In this document: positions 41,515 to 51,580 of the stretch, piece by piece
Layout: every line of letters begins with the position of its first letter
How positions within the stretch are numbered: the stretch's first letter is position 1
Origin: an uncultured Hylemonella sp.
GTDB lineage: Bacteria; Pseudomonadota; Gammaproteobacteria; Burkholderiales; Burkholderiaceae_C
Assembly: GCA_963512455.1 (NCBI GenBank)
Contig: CAUPMJ010000001.1
Coordinates: 107,164-171,163 of the forward strand
Direction of reading: 5' to 3'
Length of the DNA: 64,000 nt
Translations under genes and position numbers: made by a program
Notes under the pieces: generated by a model
The model's input: only the letters and a program-made list of their open reading frames with translations
What the model was told of the DNA's origin: nothing
The model's database searches: none

Positions 41515-42954
41515 TCAGACGATGGTTTGCGCCAGTGCGCCAGCTGTCAGGGCTCGGTCCTGCGGCCAGGCGTCCGCGGCCTGGCCATGGAGCCAGACGG
41601 CGGCGCAGGCGGCGTCAAACGCACTTTCTCCCTGCGCCAGGCGCGCACCGATCAGGCCGGCCAAGACGTCGCCGGTGCCGGCTGTGGCCAGGCGCGCGTT
41701 GCCGGTCGGGTTGATGACCGGCAGCCGGCCCGGTGCAGCCATCACCGTGCCGGAGCCTTTCAAGACCACGGTGCAGCCGAATCGCTGCGCCAACTGCTGC
41801 GCAGCCGCCAGCCGGTCGGCCTGCACGGCCGCCGTCGTGCAAGCCAGCAGGCGCGCCGCTTCCAGTGGATGCGGGGTCAGCACGGTCTGGCGCTGACGCG
41901 CACCGCGCGCCGCCAGGAGGGTTGCGAGCTGGCTGTCATTTGCTATCGAATTGAGAGCGTCTGCGTCCAGCACCAAGCGCGGCACGGTCGACAGCAGGCG
42001 TGGCAGCTGCGCGGCGATGGCGTGGCCGCCGCCGCAGCCGGCTACCACGGTCAAGGCGGCGGCGTCCAGCGCTGCAGGCGCGCGGAACATCAACTCGGGG
42101 TGTGTGGGGTCCACCGCCATGCCGCTCTCATCGAGCAGACCGACATAAACGCGACCGGCCCCATGGTGCAGTGCTGCGCTGGCGGCCAGCAGGGCGGCAC
42201 CACTCATGCCGCGGGCACCGCCGATGACGGCCACGTCGCCGTAACTGCCTTTGTGCGTGGCGTGCCGGCGTGGCGGCGCGGCGGGCGCGCCAGCCAGGCT
42301 CGCCTGGGGCGCCGCGGACGTCAACTCTGCGCCGAGGGACTCGTACCAGACTTCACCGGTCTGGTCGCGGCCCTGTGCCGTGTAGAGACCGGGCTTGAGC
42401 GTCAGCAGGCTGAGAGTGTGGCTGGCGCGCAGGCAAGGACCGGGCGTGGTGCCGGTGTCGGCCTGCAGTCCTGAGGGCAGGTCCACGGCCAGCACCGGCA
42501 AGCGCAGGGTGTTGATGTGTGCGATCCAGTCGGCGAGCCGTCCCTCGGGTGGTCGGCTCGTGCCGGTGCCGAGCAGGGCGTCGATGCAGATACCGCAGTC
42601 GGCGGGCGGGGCGTCTACAAAGCGCACCCCGGCTGCCAGGGCGCGTGCGTGCGAGGCGCGGGCGTCGGTGGGGGTGGTGTCAGCGGTGCCGAGCCAGGTC
42701 ACGAGCGGCGTCTTGCCCCACTGCTGCAGGTGCATGGCCGCTTCCAGGCCGTCGCCGCCATTGTTGCCCGGACCGCAGGCGATCCAGTAGTTGCGCGCGT
42801 GCGGAGCGATGGCCAGGGCCAGCCGTGCCGTGGCCAGGCCAGCGCGCTGCATCAGAGTGTGGGGCGGCAGCGTGGCGGCCAGCGCGGCTTCCAGCGTGCG
42901 CGTGGCGGCCGCGCTGTACAGCGGCTGGGAGGGGCCGGAAGGGACGCGTTGCAT
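41515..42954 (-). CDS. nnr: Bifunctional NAD(P)H-hydrate epimerase / ADP-dependent dehydratase
   Basis: Trimmed to ATG 42954 (MQRVPSGPSQPLYSAAATRTLEA). YjeF-N domain (ACGPGNNGGDGLEAA) plus a carbohydrate-kinase-like C-terminal domain (HKGSYGDVAVIGG, ATAGTGDVLAG). Confidence 0.9.
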   Translation of the reverse strand: MQRVPSGPSQPLYSAAATRTLEAALAATLPPHTLMQRAGLATARLALAIAPHARNYWIACGPGNNGGDGLEAAMHLQQWGKTPLVTWLGTADTTPTDARASHARALAAGVRFVDAPPADCGICIDALLGTGTSRPPEGRLADWIAHINTLRLPVLAVDLPSGLQADTGTTPGPCLRASHTLSLLTLKPGLYTAQGRDQTGEVWYESLGAELTSAAPQASLAGAPAAPPRRHATHKGSYGDVAVIGGARGMSGAALLAASAALHHGAGRVYVGLLDESGMAVDPTHPELMFRAPAALDAAALTVVAGCGGGHAIAAQLPRLLSTVPRLVLDADALNSIANDSQLATLLAARGARQRQTVLTPHPLEAARLLACTTAAVQADRLAAAQQLAQRFGCTVVLKGSGTVMAAPGRLPVINPTGNARLATAGTGDVLAGLIGARLAQGESAFDAACAAVWLHGQAADAWPQDRALTAGALAQTIV

Positions 42955-42968
42955 GGAGCCGGCCCGGC

Positions 42969-43856
42969 TCAGAATTCGTAGCTGTGGCCTTCGAAGGCCA
43001 GCCGGATCTCCGGCCCGCCCGCGGGCACGGGGTTGTCGGCCAGGGCCTGGGCGAAGGCGGCTTCCAGCGCGTCGTCGCTGCGGGTGGGCTCGTGGTGCGT
43101 GCAATAGAGCACCTTGGCGCCGGCCTGGCAGGCGGCCTCGATGCTGGTCTTGAAGGTGCCGTGGCCCCAGCCGACCTTGGCCGGATATTCCTGGGCGGTG
43201 TAGGAGGTGTCGGCGATCAGCACGTCCACGCCGCGCATGGCCTGGATGATGGACGCCTGCTTCTCGTCCACGAAGGATTGGTATTCGGCGTACTCGGCGT
43301 CGCCCGGATCGTAGATGTTGTAGGGCGGCTCGTGGTCGCCGGTGAAGAACACCGATTTTCCGTTGGCCTCGATGCGGTAGCCGAAGTTGATGACCGGGTG
43401 ATTGAGCAGGTAGGGTGTGACGGTGGCGCTGCCGACCTGGATGCTCTGTTCAGGCATCAGTGTCACGTACTCGATGGTGCCTTTCATCTCGGCTTCGCGC
43501 ACCGGGAAATAGCTGTACTGCAGCTGCACCGACATGACCTGCTCCACCCCCTGGCCCGAGACCGGGTCGTGGGCGCCGTGCAGGCGCAGCACATTGCCGG
43601 GGATGAAGTTGGGGATGAAGAAGGGCAGACCTTGGATGTGGTCCCAGTGCGAGTGGGTGATGAGCACGTTGGCCTGGACCGGCAGTTCGGCCAGCAGGGT
43701 CTGCGACAGCGGGAAGATGCCGGTGCCGGCGTCCAGGATGATGAGTTCGTTGCTGTCGGTACGCACCTCGATGCAAGTGGTGTTGCCGCCATAACGCACC
43801 GTGTGCGGCCCCGGCGAGGCGATCGAACCGCGCACACCCCAGAATTTGACTTTCAT
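42969..43856 (-). CDS. MBL-fold metallo-hydrolase (uncharacterised WGVRGS-type family)
   Basis: Trimmed to ATG 43856 (MKVKFWGVRGSIASPGPHTVRYGGNTTCIEV). HxHxDH motif as ITHSHWDHIQG. The ATG overlaps the stop of the upstream HDOD gene (ATGA). Confidence 0.85.
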   Translation of the reverse strand: MKVKFWGVRGSIASPGPHTVRYGGNTTCIEVRTDSNELIILDAGTGIFPLSQTLLAELPVQANVLITHSHWDHIQGLPFFIPNFIPGNVLRLHGAHDPVSGQGVEQVMSVQLQYSYFPVREAEMKGTIEYVTLMPEQSIQVGSATVTPYLLNHPVINFGYRIEANGKSVFFTGDHEPPYNIYDPGDAEYAEYQSFVDEKQASIIQAMRGVDVLIADTSYTAQEYPAKVGWGHGTFKTSIEAACQAGAKVLYCTHHEPTRSDDALEAAFAQALADNPVPAGGPEIRLAFEGHSYEF

Positions 43857-44701
43857 GATTCGAGCTTGGAAAAGACCTGCGCTTCCTCGAAAAGCGCCTG
43901 GAGATCGCCGAGTTCGGCGATGACGTGGTCGAGGTCGCCGCCGAGTCGTCTGGCGATGACCGGCGGGAGCGGCTCCGCAAAGGGATTGCCGCCGAAACCG
44001 AACTGCAGCTTCTTGCTGATCTGGTTGGCGGCAAAGACGCAGGCCACCATGGGCGTGTCCAGCACTTCGGGGCCGTGCATGTTCTGGATGGTCTCGACCA
44101 GGTTGGGGGCGAAGCGCCATTTCTCCACCAGCATGCCTCCCACCACCGCGTGGTCCACGCCGATGATCTGGCGCAATGCCGCGTGCAGCGAGCTGCCGCT
44201 CTCCTTGCAGGCTTCGAGGGCCTGACGGAACTCGTTGGGCATGAACTGGGCGAAGACCACCTTGCCGAAATCGTGCAGCAGGCCGGCGATGAAACAATCC
44301 ATCGGGTCCGCGCCATCCACATCGCCGGCGATTTTCTTGGCAATGTTGGCCGTGGCCAGCGAGTGCAGCAGGTATTGCTGCACGTCGAAGCCGGCGGCAT
44401 TGCTCTTGGGCAGCATGCCGATGGCGGCGATGCCCAGGGCCAGGTTCTTGATGGTGTTGAAACCCAGGAAGACCACGGCGTGGTTGATCGAGGTGACCTG
44501 CTTGGGCAGGCTGTAGTACGCCGAGTTGATGACCTTGAGGATCTTGACCGTGACCACCGGGTCCTTGTCGATCACCTGCACCAAGTCCTTGGGGGTGCAA
44601 TTGACGTCCCTGGTCAGATCCAGGATGGCCTGCACGCTTTTTGGGAAGGCCGGCATGCCATCAACGGCAGCGGCCAGTTTTTGCGACAGTTCAGGACTCA
44701 T
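43853..44701 (-). CDS. HDOD domain-containing protein
   Basis: Trimmed to ATG 44701 (MSPELSQKLAAAVDGMPAFPKSVQAILDLTRDVNCTPKDLVQVIDKDPVVTVKILKVINSAYY...GLLHDFGKVVF). Stand-alone HDOD, 282 aa. Confidence 0.88.
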   Translation of the reverse strand: MSPELSQKLAAAVDGMPAFPKSVQAILDLTRDVNCTPKDLVQVIDKDPVVTVKILKVINSAYYSLPKQVTSINHAVVFLGFNTIKNLALGIAAIGMLPKSNAAGFDVQQYLLHSLATANIAKKIAGDVDGADPMDCFIAGLLHDFGKVVFAQFMPNEFRQALEACKESGSSLHAALRQIIGVDHAVVGGMLVEKWRFAPNLVETIQNMHGPEVLDTPMVACVFAANQISKKLQFGFGGNPFAEPLPPVIARRLGGDLDHVIAELGDLQALFEEAQVFSKLES

Positions 44702-44747
44702 GATTGCATTGTGTACCGGGAGTGCGCCTACTGTACACAATCCCCCC

Positions 44748-46001
44748 TCAGGTGCGCAGCCGTTCGATGCCGAAGCCGTCCAGCGCGAGTTCGGGTCGAT
44801 GGCCGCCCACCAGGTCGGCGAGGGCGCGGGCCGAGCCGCAACCCAGGGCCCAGCCACTGGAGCCGTGGCCGCAGTTCAGCCACAGGCCCGGGATGCCACT
44901 GGCGCCCAGCAGGGGCGGGCCGTCGGGCAGCATGGGGCGAGCGCCCTTCCAGGTCTGCACGCCGCTGGAGAGCACGGCCGCGCCGGGAAACCAGTCTTGC
45001 AGCACCTTGTAGAGGGTCTGCAGGGCGTCCTTGCGCTGCCGCTCGGGCCGCCCGCCCAGTTCGGCGCCGCCCCCCACGCGCACCCGGTTGCCCAGGCGAG
45101 CGATGGCCACCTTGTAGCGCTCATCCATGACGGCACTGCGCGGGGCGTTCAACGGTTCGCGCACGGTGGCGCTGACCGAGTAGCCGTACACGGCAGCCAT
45201 CGGAATCTTCACGCCCAGGGGGCGCAACAACCGGGCCGAGTCGACCCCGGCGCACAGCACGGCGGCATCGAAGCGGCGTGGCTGCGACTCGCCGGCCAGC
45301 TGCACGTCCATACCCTGGCCGGGTGTCAGGCGTTCGACGGTGGTGCCGAAAGCAAATTGCACGCCGCGGGCCAGCGCCGCGTTCTTGAGCAGCAAGGCAA
45401 ATTGCCGGCAGTTGCCAACTTCGTCCTCGGGCAGGTGCAGCGCGCCGTGGAAAGCGGTGTCGGGATTCAGGGCCGGCTCGATGGCGCGCGCCTCTTCGGG
45501 CGTGAGCTCGCGATGCGCCACGCCCTGATCGCGCAGCAGCTGCAGGCCGGGGCGCAGCAGTGTGTGGTCGCGCTCCGAGCGCAGCAGGACCAGCAGGCCC
45601 TGGCTGCGGTCGAAATCGAGTTCCAGTTCGGTAGCGAGTTCGTGCAGGCGCGTGCGGCTGTAGCGGGCCAGCCCCTGGAGGTTCTGGCGGTTGCGCAGAT
45701 AGGTTTCGCTGCCGCAGGCGCGCCAGGACTTCCACATCCAGGCCAGGTCGCTGCCGCGCAGGGGCAGGGAAAAATGCACAGGTGCGTGACGCAGCAGCAG
45801 GTGGCGCAGGATCTTGAAGGGCATGCCTGGGGCGGCCCAGGGGGCGGTATAGCCCGGCGCGAGGATGCCGGTATTGGCAAAGCTGCCTTCTTCGGCGGCG
45901 GCGATGCGGCGTTCGAACACGGTGACCTCGTGGCCGTCGCGGGCCAGTTCCCAGGCGGTGGTGACGCCGATGATGCCGGCGCCGATGACTGCAATTTTCA
46001 T
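44748..46001 (-). CDS. dadA: D-amino acid dehydrogenase-like FAD oxidoreductase
   Basis: 417 aa with ATG at 46001. Collinear by eye with E. coli DadA: MKIAVIGAGIIGVTTAW..HEVTVFER, APGYTAPWAAPGMP, DERYKVAIARLGNRVRVGG, NCGHGSSGW. Confidence 0.85.
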   Translation of the reverse strand: MKIAVIGAGIIGVTTAWELARDGHEVTVFERRIAAAEEGSFANTGILAPGYTAPWAAPGMPFKILRHLLLRHAPVHFSLPLRGSDLAWMWKSWRACGSETYLRNRQNLQGLARYSRTRLHELATELELDFDRSQGLLVLLRSERDHTLLRPGLQLLRDQGVAHRELTPEEARAIEPALNPDTAFHGALHLPEDEVGNCRQFALLLKNAALARGVQFAFGTTVERLTPGQGMDVQLAGESQPRRFDAAVLCAGVDSARLLRPLGVKIPMAAVYGYSVSATVREPLNAPRSAVMDERYKVAIARLGNRVRVGGGAELGGRPERQRKDALQTLYKVLQDWFPGAAVLSSGVQTWKGARPMLPDGPPLLGASGIPGLWLNCGHGSSGWALGCGSARALADLVGGHRPELALDGFGIERLRT

Positions 46002-46050
46002 GAATCGGGAGTGGGTTCCCGCTGGCCGGGCTGGCTGGCGGGATGGGGGA

Positions 46051-47394
46051 TTATGGTTGTTGGGGGCGCAGCAGGGTTTCGATCTGCTGCGCGATGTTCA
46101 GGACCACATCATCGCGCATCGCGCCTTGCCAGACCATCAGGCCCACGGGCAATTCGTCCGGCGCGTGGCAGGGCAGGGAGATGGCGCAGCCGTCGAGCAT
46201 GTTCACTACGCTGGGGTTGCGCAGCAGCAGGCCGTTGATGCGGAAGAAGGTTTCGTCGCGCTCGGGCCCTGGCAGCACCTCGGCCAGCGCTGGCGCCACG
46301 ATGGGCAAGGTCGGCGAGAGCACCGCGTCGAAGCCGGCCAGGGCCTGCTCGACGCGAGCGATCCAGCCGCGTCGTGCCTGCAGGAGGTCGATGTAGTCTG
46401 CTGCGCTGATGGTTGCGCCGCGCTGGATGCGCGACAGGACGCGAGGGTCGTATTGGGCCGCGTGGCCTGCCAGCAGGTGGCGATGCCAGGCGTAGCTTTC
46501 GGCTGCGGCAAAACCGCCGCTGGCCTGCAGGCCAGCCAATTCGCCCAGCGCCGGCAGGGGGAGTTCTTCGATGCGGGCGCCGGCATCGCGCAGCGTCCGC
46601 AGCGTGCGTTCGAAGGCGCGCGCCACATGGGTGTCGATGCCGTCGAACATGACTTGCGGCACGACAGCCAGCCGGTAGTGCGAGAGCGGGGCCTGGCTGC
46701 GCGTGACGTGGCGTGCGGCCAGGATCTCGTGCACGGTGATCGCGTCGCGCACCGAGCGCGTCATGGCGCAGGCCGTGTCGAGCGTGAAGGACAGGGGCAC
46801 CGTGCCGTCCAGCGGCACCAGGCGCTGGGTGCTCTTGAAGCCCACGATGCCCTGCAGGGCGGCCGGGATGCGGATCGAGCCGCCGGTGTCCGAGCCGAGG
46901 CCGACGAAGGCTGCACCCGCGACTACGGAAACGGCCGCGCCGCTGGACGAGCCGCCCGGCACGCGTGGTTGGTCGGTGGCCGCGGCATTGGCAGGGGTGC
47001 CGTAATGCGGGTTGATACCGACGCCGGAGTAGGCGAATTCGGACATGTTGGTGCGGCCTATCAGGGCGGCGCCGGCGGCACGCAGGCGGGCCACGGCCAA
47101 GGCGTCCTGGCTTGCCGAGGGTGCGTCTTTCAGGACGATGGAGCCGGCACGGCTGACCTGGCCGGCTACGTCGAACAGGTCCTTGACCGAGACTGCCAGC
47201 CCGGCCAGGGGCTGGCGGGCCGGATCGGCCGCGGCGGCCTGGGCACGGGCGCCGTCGAAGTCGGTCTGGAGGAAAGCGTGCGCGCAGGCTGGGGCTACGG
47301 CGCGGGCGATGGCCTGTTCGATCTCGGCCTCTGGGCTGGTCTGGCCGGCCAGCAGGCGCTGGCGGATGGCGTGGAGGTCGGTGGCGGGGGGCAT
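46051..47394 (-). CDS. Amidase (amidase-signature family)
   Basis: Trimmed to ATG 47394 (MPPATDLHAIRQRL). SVKDLF (Lys), GGSSSGAAV, GSDTGGSIRIPAA. Confidence 0.88.
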   Translation of the reverse strand: MPPATDLHAIRQRLLAGQTSPEAEIEQAIARAVAPACAHAFLQTDFDGARAQAAAADPARQPLAGLAVSVKDLFDVAGQVSRAGSIVLKDAPSASQDALAVARLRAAGAALIGRTNMSEFAYSGVGINPHYGTPANAAATDQPRVPGGSSSGAAVSVVAGAAFVGLGSDTGGSIRIPAALQGIVGFKSTQRLVPLDGTVPLSFTLDTACAMTRSVRDAITVHEILAARHVTRSQAPLSHYRLAVVPQVMFDGIDTHVARAFERTLRTLRDAGARIEELPLPALGELAGLQASGGFAAAESYAWHRHLLAGHAAQYDPRVLSRIQRGATISAADYIDLLQARRGWIARVEQALAGFDAVLSPTLPIVAPALAEVLPGPERDETFFRINGLLLRNPSVVNMLDGCAISLPCHAPDELPVGLMVWQGAMRDDVVLNIAQQIETLLRPQQP

Positions 47395-47409
47395 TGGGAA
47401 GTGGGTCTG

Positions 47410-47420
47410 TGCTATACTCG
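47410..47420 (+). promoter_or_regulatory. Candidate extended -10 promoter (TGCTATACT) for rpsB with a GC-rich discriminator
   Basis: TGC+TATACT at 47410..47418, about 150 nt upstream of the rpsB ATG. The same 11-mer TGCTATACTCG occurs upstream of tRNA-Val (35994..36004). No good -35 hexamer. Confidence 0.3.
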
Positions 47421-47565
47421 TCGGGCTTTGCTGGAAGGGCCTGCGCATCTCGCGCAAGCAGCCGCAGAGCAAATCGCAAACCGGTCCATCCAGGTGTTGC
47501 AGCCGGCGTAAGACGCCGATTGCAAAGAGGACCGGATTTTAGACCCAACCTTCGGAGTTATTCAC

Positions 47566-48318
47566 ATGTCCGTGACCATGCGTCAAATGCTGGAAGCCGG
47601 TGTCCATTTTGGCCACCAGACCCGCTTCTGGAACCCCAAGATGGCCCCCTTCATCTTCGGCCATCGCAACAAGATCCACATCATCAACCTGGAAAAGTCG
47701 CTGCCGATGTTCCAGGACGCAGCCAAGTTTGCCAAGCAGCTGGCGGCCAAGCGCGGCACCATCCTGATGGTGGGCACCAAGCGCACCGCCCGCGAAACCG
47801 TGGCTGCCGAAGCCCAGCGCGCCGGCGTTCCTTTTGTTGACCAGCGCTGGCTGGGTGGCATGCTGACCAACTTCAAGACCGTCAAGACCTCGATCAAGCG
47901 CCTGAAGGACATGAAGGCCCAGCAGGAAACCGGCCTGGACGCCATGAGCAAGAAAGAGCAGCTGATGTTCGCCCGTGAACTCGAGAAGCTCGAGAAGGAC
48001 ATCGGCGGCATCCAGGACATGAACACCCTGCCGGACGCGATCTTCGTGATCGACGTCGGTTACCACAAGATTGCCATTGCCGAAGCCAAGAAGCTGGGCA
48101 TCCCGCTGATCGGCGTGGTCGACTCCAACCACTCGCCCGAAGGCATCGACTACGTGATCCCGGGCAACGACGACTCGTCCAAGGCCGTGACCCTGTACGC
48201 CCGCGGCATTGCCGACGCCATCCTGGAAGGCCGTGCCAATGCCGTGGATGACGTGGTCAAGGCCGTGGCATCCGAGAGCGGCGACGAGTTCGTGGAAGTG
48301 AACGAAGCTTCCGCCTGA
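47566..48318 (+). CDS. rpsB: 30S ribosomal protein S2
   Basis: 250 aa. [45 protein letters not shown]. Confidence 0.97.
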   Translation: MSVTMRQMLEAGVHFGHQTRFWNPKMAPFIFGHRNKIHIINLEKSLPMFQDAAKFAKQLAAKRGTILMVGTKRTARETVAAEAQRAGVPFVDQRWLGGMLTNFKTVKTSIKRLKDMKAQQETGLDAMSKKEQLMFARELEKLEKDIGGIQDMNTLPDAIFVIDVGYHKIAIAEAKKLGIPLIGVVDSNHSPEGIDYVIPGNDDSSKAVTLYARGIADAILEGRANAVDDVVKAVASESGDEFVEVNEASA

Positions 48319-48339
48319 TCCACGCCCGACCCGAAGAAA

Positions 48340-48362
48340 GGGGCGCTGTGCCCCTTTTTTTT
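48340..48362 (+). terminator. Stem-loop plus T8 between rpsB and tsf (partial terminator/attenuator)
   Basis: GGGGC-GCTGT-GCCCC followed by TTTTTTTT. Confidence 0.5.
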
Positions 48363-48401
48363 AGTCCCAATCTGATTTTGAATTGATGACGGAGTAAGAA
48401 G

Positions 48402-49325
48402 ATGGCTGCAATTACCGCAAGCATGGTTGCCGAACTGCGTGGCAAGACCGATGCCCCGATGATGGAATGCAAGAAGGCCCTGACCGAGGCCGATGGCGAC
48501 ATGGCCAAGGCCGAAGAGCTGCTGCGTGTGAAGCTGGGTACCAAGGCGGGCAAGGCCGCTTCGCGCGTGACCGCCGAAGGCGTGGTGGCCAGCTCGATCA
48601 GCGGCAGCACCGGCGCCCTGATCGAAGTGAACTGCGAGACCGACTTCGTGACCAAGAACGACAGCTTCCTGGCCCTGGCCAAGGCCGCTGCCGACCTGGT
48701 CGCCAAGCACAAGCCGGCCGACGTGGCCGCCCTGGGCGCGCTGCCCTACAGCCAGGACGGTTTCGGCCCCACCCTGGAAGACGTGCGCAAGGGCCTGATC
48801 GGCAAGATCGGCGAGAACATGAGCTTCCGCCGTTTCAAGCACTTCTCCTCGGGCGCCAAGCTGGCTGCCTACCTGCACGGCACGCGCATCGGCGTGGTCG
48901 TGGAGTTCGACGGCGACGAGACCGCTGCCAAGGACGTTGCCATGCACGTGGCCGCCATGAAGCCCGTCGCGCTGACCAGCGCTGACGTGCCGGCTGAACT
49001 GATCGAGAAAGAGCGTGCCGTTGCCGCCGGCAAAGCCGAAGAGGATCGCAAGACCGCCGAGGCGGCTGGCAAACCCGCACAGCCTGCCGACATCGTGGCC
49101 AAGCGTATCGAGGGCGGTGTGCAGAAGTTCCTGAAGGAAGTCTCGCTGTTCAACCAGCCCTTCGTGAAGAACGACAAGCAGACCGTCGAGCAGATGCTCA
49201 AGGCCGCCGGCACCACCCTCAAGGGTTTCACCCTGTACGTGGTGGGTGAGGGTATCGAGAAGAAGGTCGACGATTTCGCTGCCGAAGTGGCGGCCCAGGT
49301 CGCTGCCGCCAAGCAGGCGGGCTGA
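48402..49325 (+). CDS. tsf: Translation elongation factor Ts
   Basis: 307 aa. [42 protein letters not shown]. Confidence 0.97.
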   Translation: MAAITASMVAELRGKTDAPMMECKKALTEADGDMAKAEELLRVKLGTKAGKAASRVTAEGVVASSISGSTGALIEVNCETDFVTKNDSFLALAKAAADLVAKHKPADVAALGALPYSQDGFGPTLEDVRKGLIGKIGENMSFRRFKHFSSGAKLAAYLHGTRIGVVVEFDGDETAAKDVAMHVAAMKPVALTSADVPAELIEKERAVAAGKAEEDRKTAEAAGKPAQPADIVAKRIEGGVQKFLKEVSLFNQPFVKNDKQTVEQMLKAAGTTLKGFTLYVVGEGIEKKVDDFAAEVAAQVAAAKQAG

Positions 49326-49417
49326 TGCCTGCTGGCCGAGCGACGGCTCGGCCGGGGAAATCCTGTAAATTCCGTCTGTCCGGATCGCGTATCACCATCA
49401 CCTGCAAGGAGCCCTTC

Positions 49418-50140
49418 ATGTCCGACCCCAAGCCAGCCTACAAGCGTATTCTGCTTAAGCTGTCCGGGGAGGCCCTGATGGGCGACGATGCCTTCGGCAT
49501 CAACCATGCGACCATCCAACGCATGGTGCAGGAGGTGGCCGAGATCACGCGCCTGGGGGTGGAAGTCGCCGTGGTCATCGGCGGCGGCAACATCTTCCGC
49601 GGCGTGGCCGGTGGTTCGGTCGGCATGGACCGGGCCACGGCCGATTACATGGGCATGCTGGCCACCGTGATGAACGCGCTGGCCCTGGCCGACACCATGA
49701 ACAAGGCCGGCCTGACCGCCCGCGTGATGTCGGCCATCGCCATCGAGCAGGTGGTCGAGCCCTATGTGCGTCCCAAGGCCCTGCAGTACCTCGAAGAGGG
49801 CAAGGTCGTGGTCTTCGCGGCCGGCACCGGCAACCCCTTCTTCACCACCGACACGGCCGCCGCGTTGCGCGGCGCCGAGATTGGCGCCGAGATGGTACTC
49901 AAGGCCACCAAGGTGGATGGCGTCTACAGCGCCGATCCGAACAAGGACAAATCAGCCACCCGTTACAGCAAGATTTCCTTCGACGAGGCGATCTCGAAGA
50001 ATCTCGGCATCATGGACGCCACGGCTTTCGCGCTGTGCCGCGACCAGAAGCTGCCGATCAAGGTGTTTTCCATTTTCAAGCACGGCGCGCTCAAGCGTGT
50101 CGTGATGGGTGAAGACGAGGGCACGCTGGTCTACGCCTAG
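49418..50140 (+). CDS. pyrH: UMP kinase
   Basis: Trimmed to ATG 49418 ([23 protein letters not shown]). [30 protein letters not shown]. Confidence 0.96.
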   Translation: MSDPKPAYKRILLKLSGEALMGDDAFGINHATIQRMVQEVAEITRLGVEVAVVIGGGNIFRGVAGGSVGMDRATADYMGMLATVMNALALADTMNKAGLTARVMSAIAIEQVVEPYVRPKALQYLEEGKVVVFAAGTGNPFFTTDTAAALRGAEIGAEMVLKATKVDGVYSADPNKDKSATRYSKISFDEAISKNLGIMDATAFALCRDQKLPIKVFSIFKHGALKRVVMGEDEGTLVYA

Positions 50141-50172
50141 CGCAGACACCGGTGCCCGCAGAGGAGCAAAGC

Positions 50173-50736
50173 ATGACGACGATTGCAGACATCAAGAAGA
50201 CCATGGAAACCAAGATGGACCAGTCCATCGAGGCCCTGAAAAACCATCTGTCCAAGATCCGTACCGGCCGCGCCAATCCGTCGCTGCTCGACTCCGTGCA
50301 GGTCGAGTACTACGGCTCCACGGTGCCGCTGAGCCAGGTGGCCAACGTGAACCTGCTGGACGCCCGCACCATCAGCGTGCAGCCCTGGGAAAAGGGCATG
50401 GGTGCCAAGATCGAGAAGGCTATCCGCGAGAGCGAGCTGGGCCTGAATCCGGCCTCCATGGGCGACCTGATCCGCGTGCCCATGCCGCCGATGAGCGAGG
50501 AGCGCCGCAAGGAGATGACCAAGCTGGTACGTACCGAGGGCGAGAACGCCAAGATCGCCGTGCGCAACCTGCGTCGTGACGCCAACGAGGCGGTCAAGAA
50601 GCTGGTCAAGGACAAGACCGCGTCCGAGGACGACCAGAAACGTTCCGAAGCCGACATCCAGAAACTGACCGACAAGCACGTCGCCACGATCGACCAGCTG
50701 GTCGCAGGCAAGGAACAGGAAGTGATGGCGGTATAA
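50173..50736 (+). CDS. frr: Ribosome recycling factor
   Basis: Trimmed to ATG 50173 with a [49 protein letters not shown]. Confidence 0.96.
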   Translation: MTTIADIKKTMETKMDQSIEALKNHLSKIRTGRANPSLLDSVQVEYYGSTVPLSQVANVNLLDARTISVQPWEKGMGAKIEKAIRESELGLNPASMGDLIRVPMPPMSEERRKEMTKLVRTEGENAKIAVRNLRRDANEAVKKLVKDKTASEDDQKRSEADIQKLTDKHVATIDQLVAGKEQEVMAV

Positions 50737-50839
50737 AAGTGGCCCCCACGCTTGCCACTCCGTGTGCTGCGCTGCTCCCCAAGGGGGGCCTCGCGCCTTG
50801 GGGCGGCCCGGCGGCGCTCACACCGTCCACTTGATCATC

Positions 50840-51571
50840 ATGAACTCGCCCGGCGGCTTGCCGCACCACATCGCCATCGTCATGGATGGCAATGGCCGCT
50901 GGGCCACCAAACGCTTTCTGCCGCGTCTGGCGGGCCACCGCCAGGGCATGGAGAGCCTGCGCCGTTGCATCCGGGCCTGCCTGGACCGCGGGGTGTCGGT
51001 GCTGACCGTCTTCGCCTTTTCCTCCGAAAACTGGAATCGCCCGGCCGACGAGGTCTCGGGCCTCATGGACCTGCTGGCCACGGCCCTGGCCAAGGAAGTG
51101 CCGCAGCTGCTCAAGGATGGCGTGCGTTTGCATTTTGTCGGCGATCGGGCCGGTCTGTCCGACAAGGTGCGCACCGGCCTGGACCAGGCCGAACTGGCGA
51201 CGGCAGCCAACAGCAAGCTCGTTCTGAACGTGTGCTTCAACTATGGCGGGCGCTGGGACATCGCCCAGGCGGCAGCCCGGCTGGCGGCCCAGGGACAGCC
51301 CATCACCGAGATGGCGCTGCACCAGGCCATGGCCATGGCCCATGTCCCCGACCCGGACCTCATCATCCGCACCGGCGGCGAGCTGCGCCTGAGCAACTTC
51401 CTGCTCTGGCAGGCAGCCTATGCCGAACTCTTCTTCAGCGACAAGCTCTGGCCCGACTTCGATGAGGCCGAACTCGACCGTGCCATCGGCGAATTCAAGC
51501 GGCGCGAGCGCCGCTACGGCCAGACCTCCGACCAGGTCGCTTCACCAGGCCCGGGCCATAAGGCGGCCTGA
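50840..51571 (+). CDS. uppS: Isoprenyl transferase (undecaprenyl diphosphate synthase)
   Basis: Trimmed to ATG 50840. HHIAIVMDGNGRWA, FAFSSENWNRP, IRTGGELRLSNFLLWQAAYAELFF. Confidence 0.93.
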   Translation: MNSPGGLPHHIAIVMDGNGRWATKRFLPRLAGHRQGMESLRRCIRACLDRGVSVLTVFAFSSENWNRPADEVSGLMDLLATALAKEVPQLLKDGVRLHFVGDRAGLSDKVRTGLDQAELATAANSKLVLNVCFNYGGRWDIAQAAARLAAQGQPITEMALHQAMAMAHVPDPDLIIRTGGELRLSNFLLWQAAYAELFFSDKLWPDFDEAELDRAIGEFKRRERRYGQTSDQVASPGPGHKAA

Positions 51572-51580
51572 GGATCAACC

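Noticed and set aside
42969-44600. 543-aa fused ORF spanning the MBL gene and most of the HDOD gene
   Set aside because: The part upstream of ATG 43856 is an out-of-frame Arg/Pro/Gly-rich read-through of the HDOD gene. The HDOD protein is encoded in a different frame (43853..44701).
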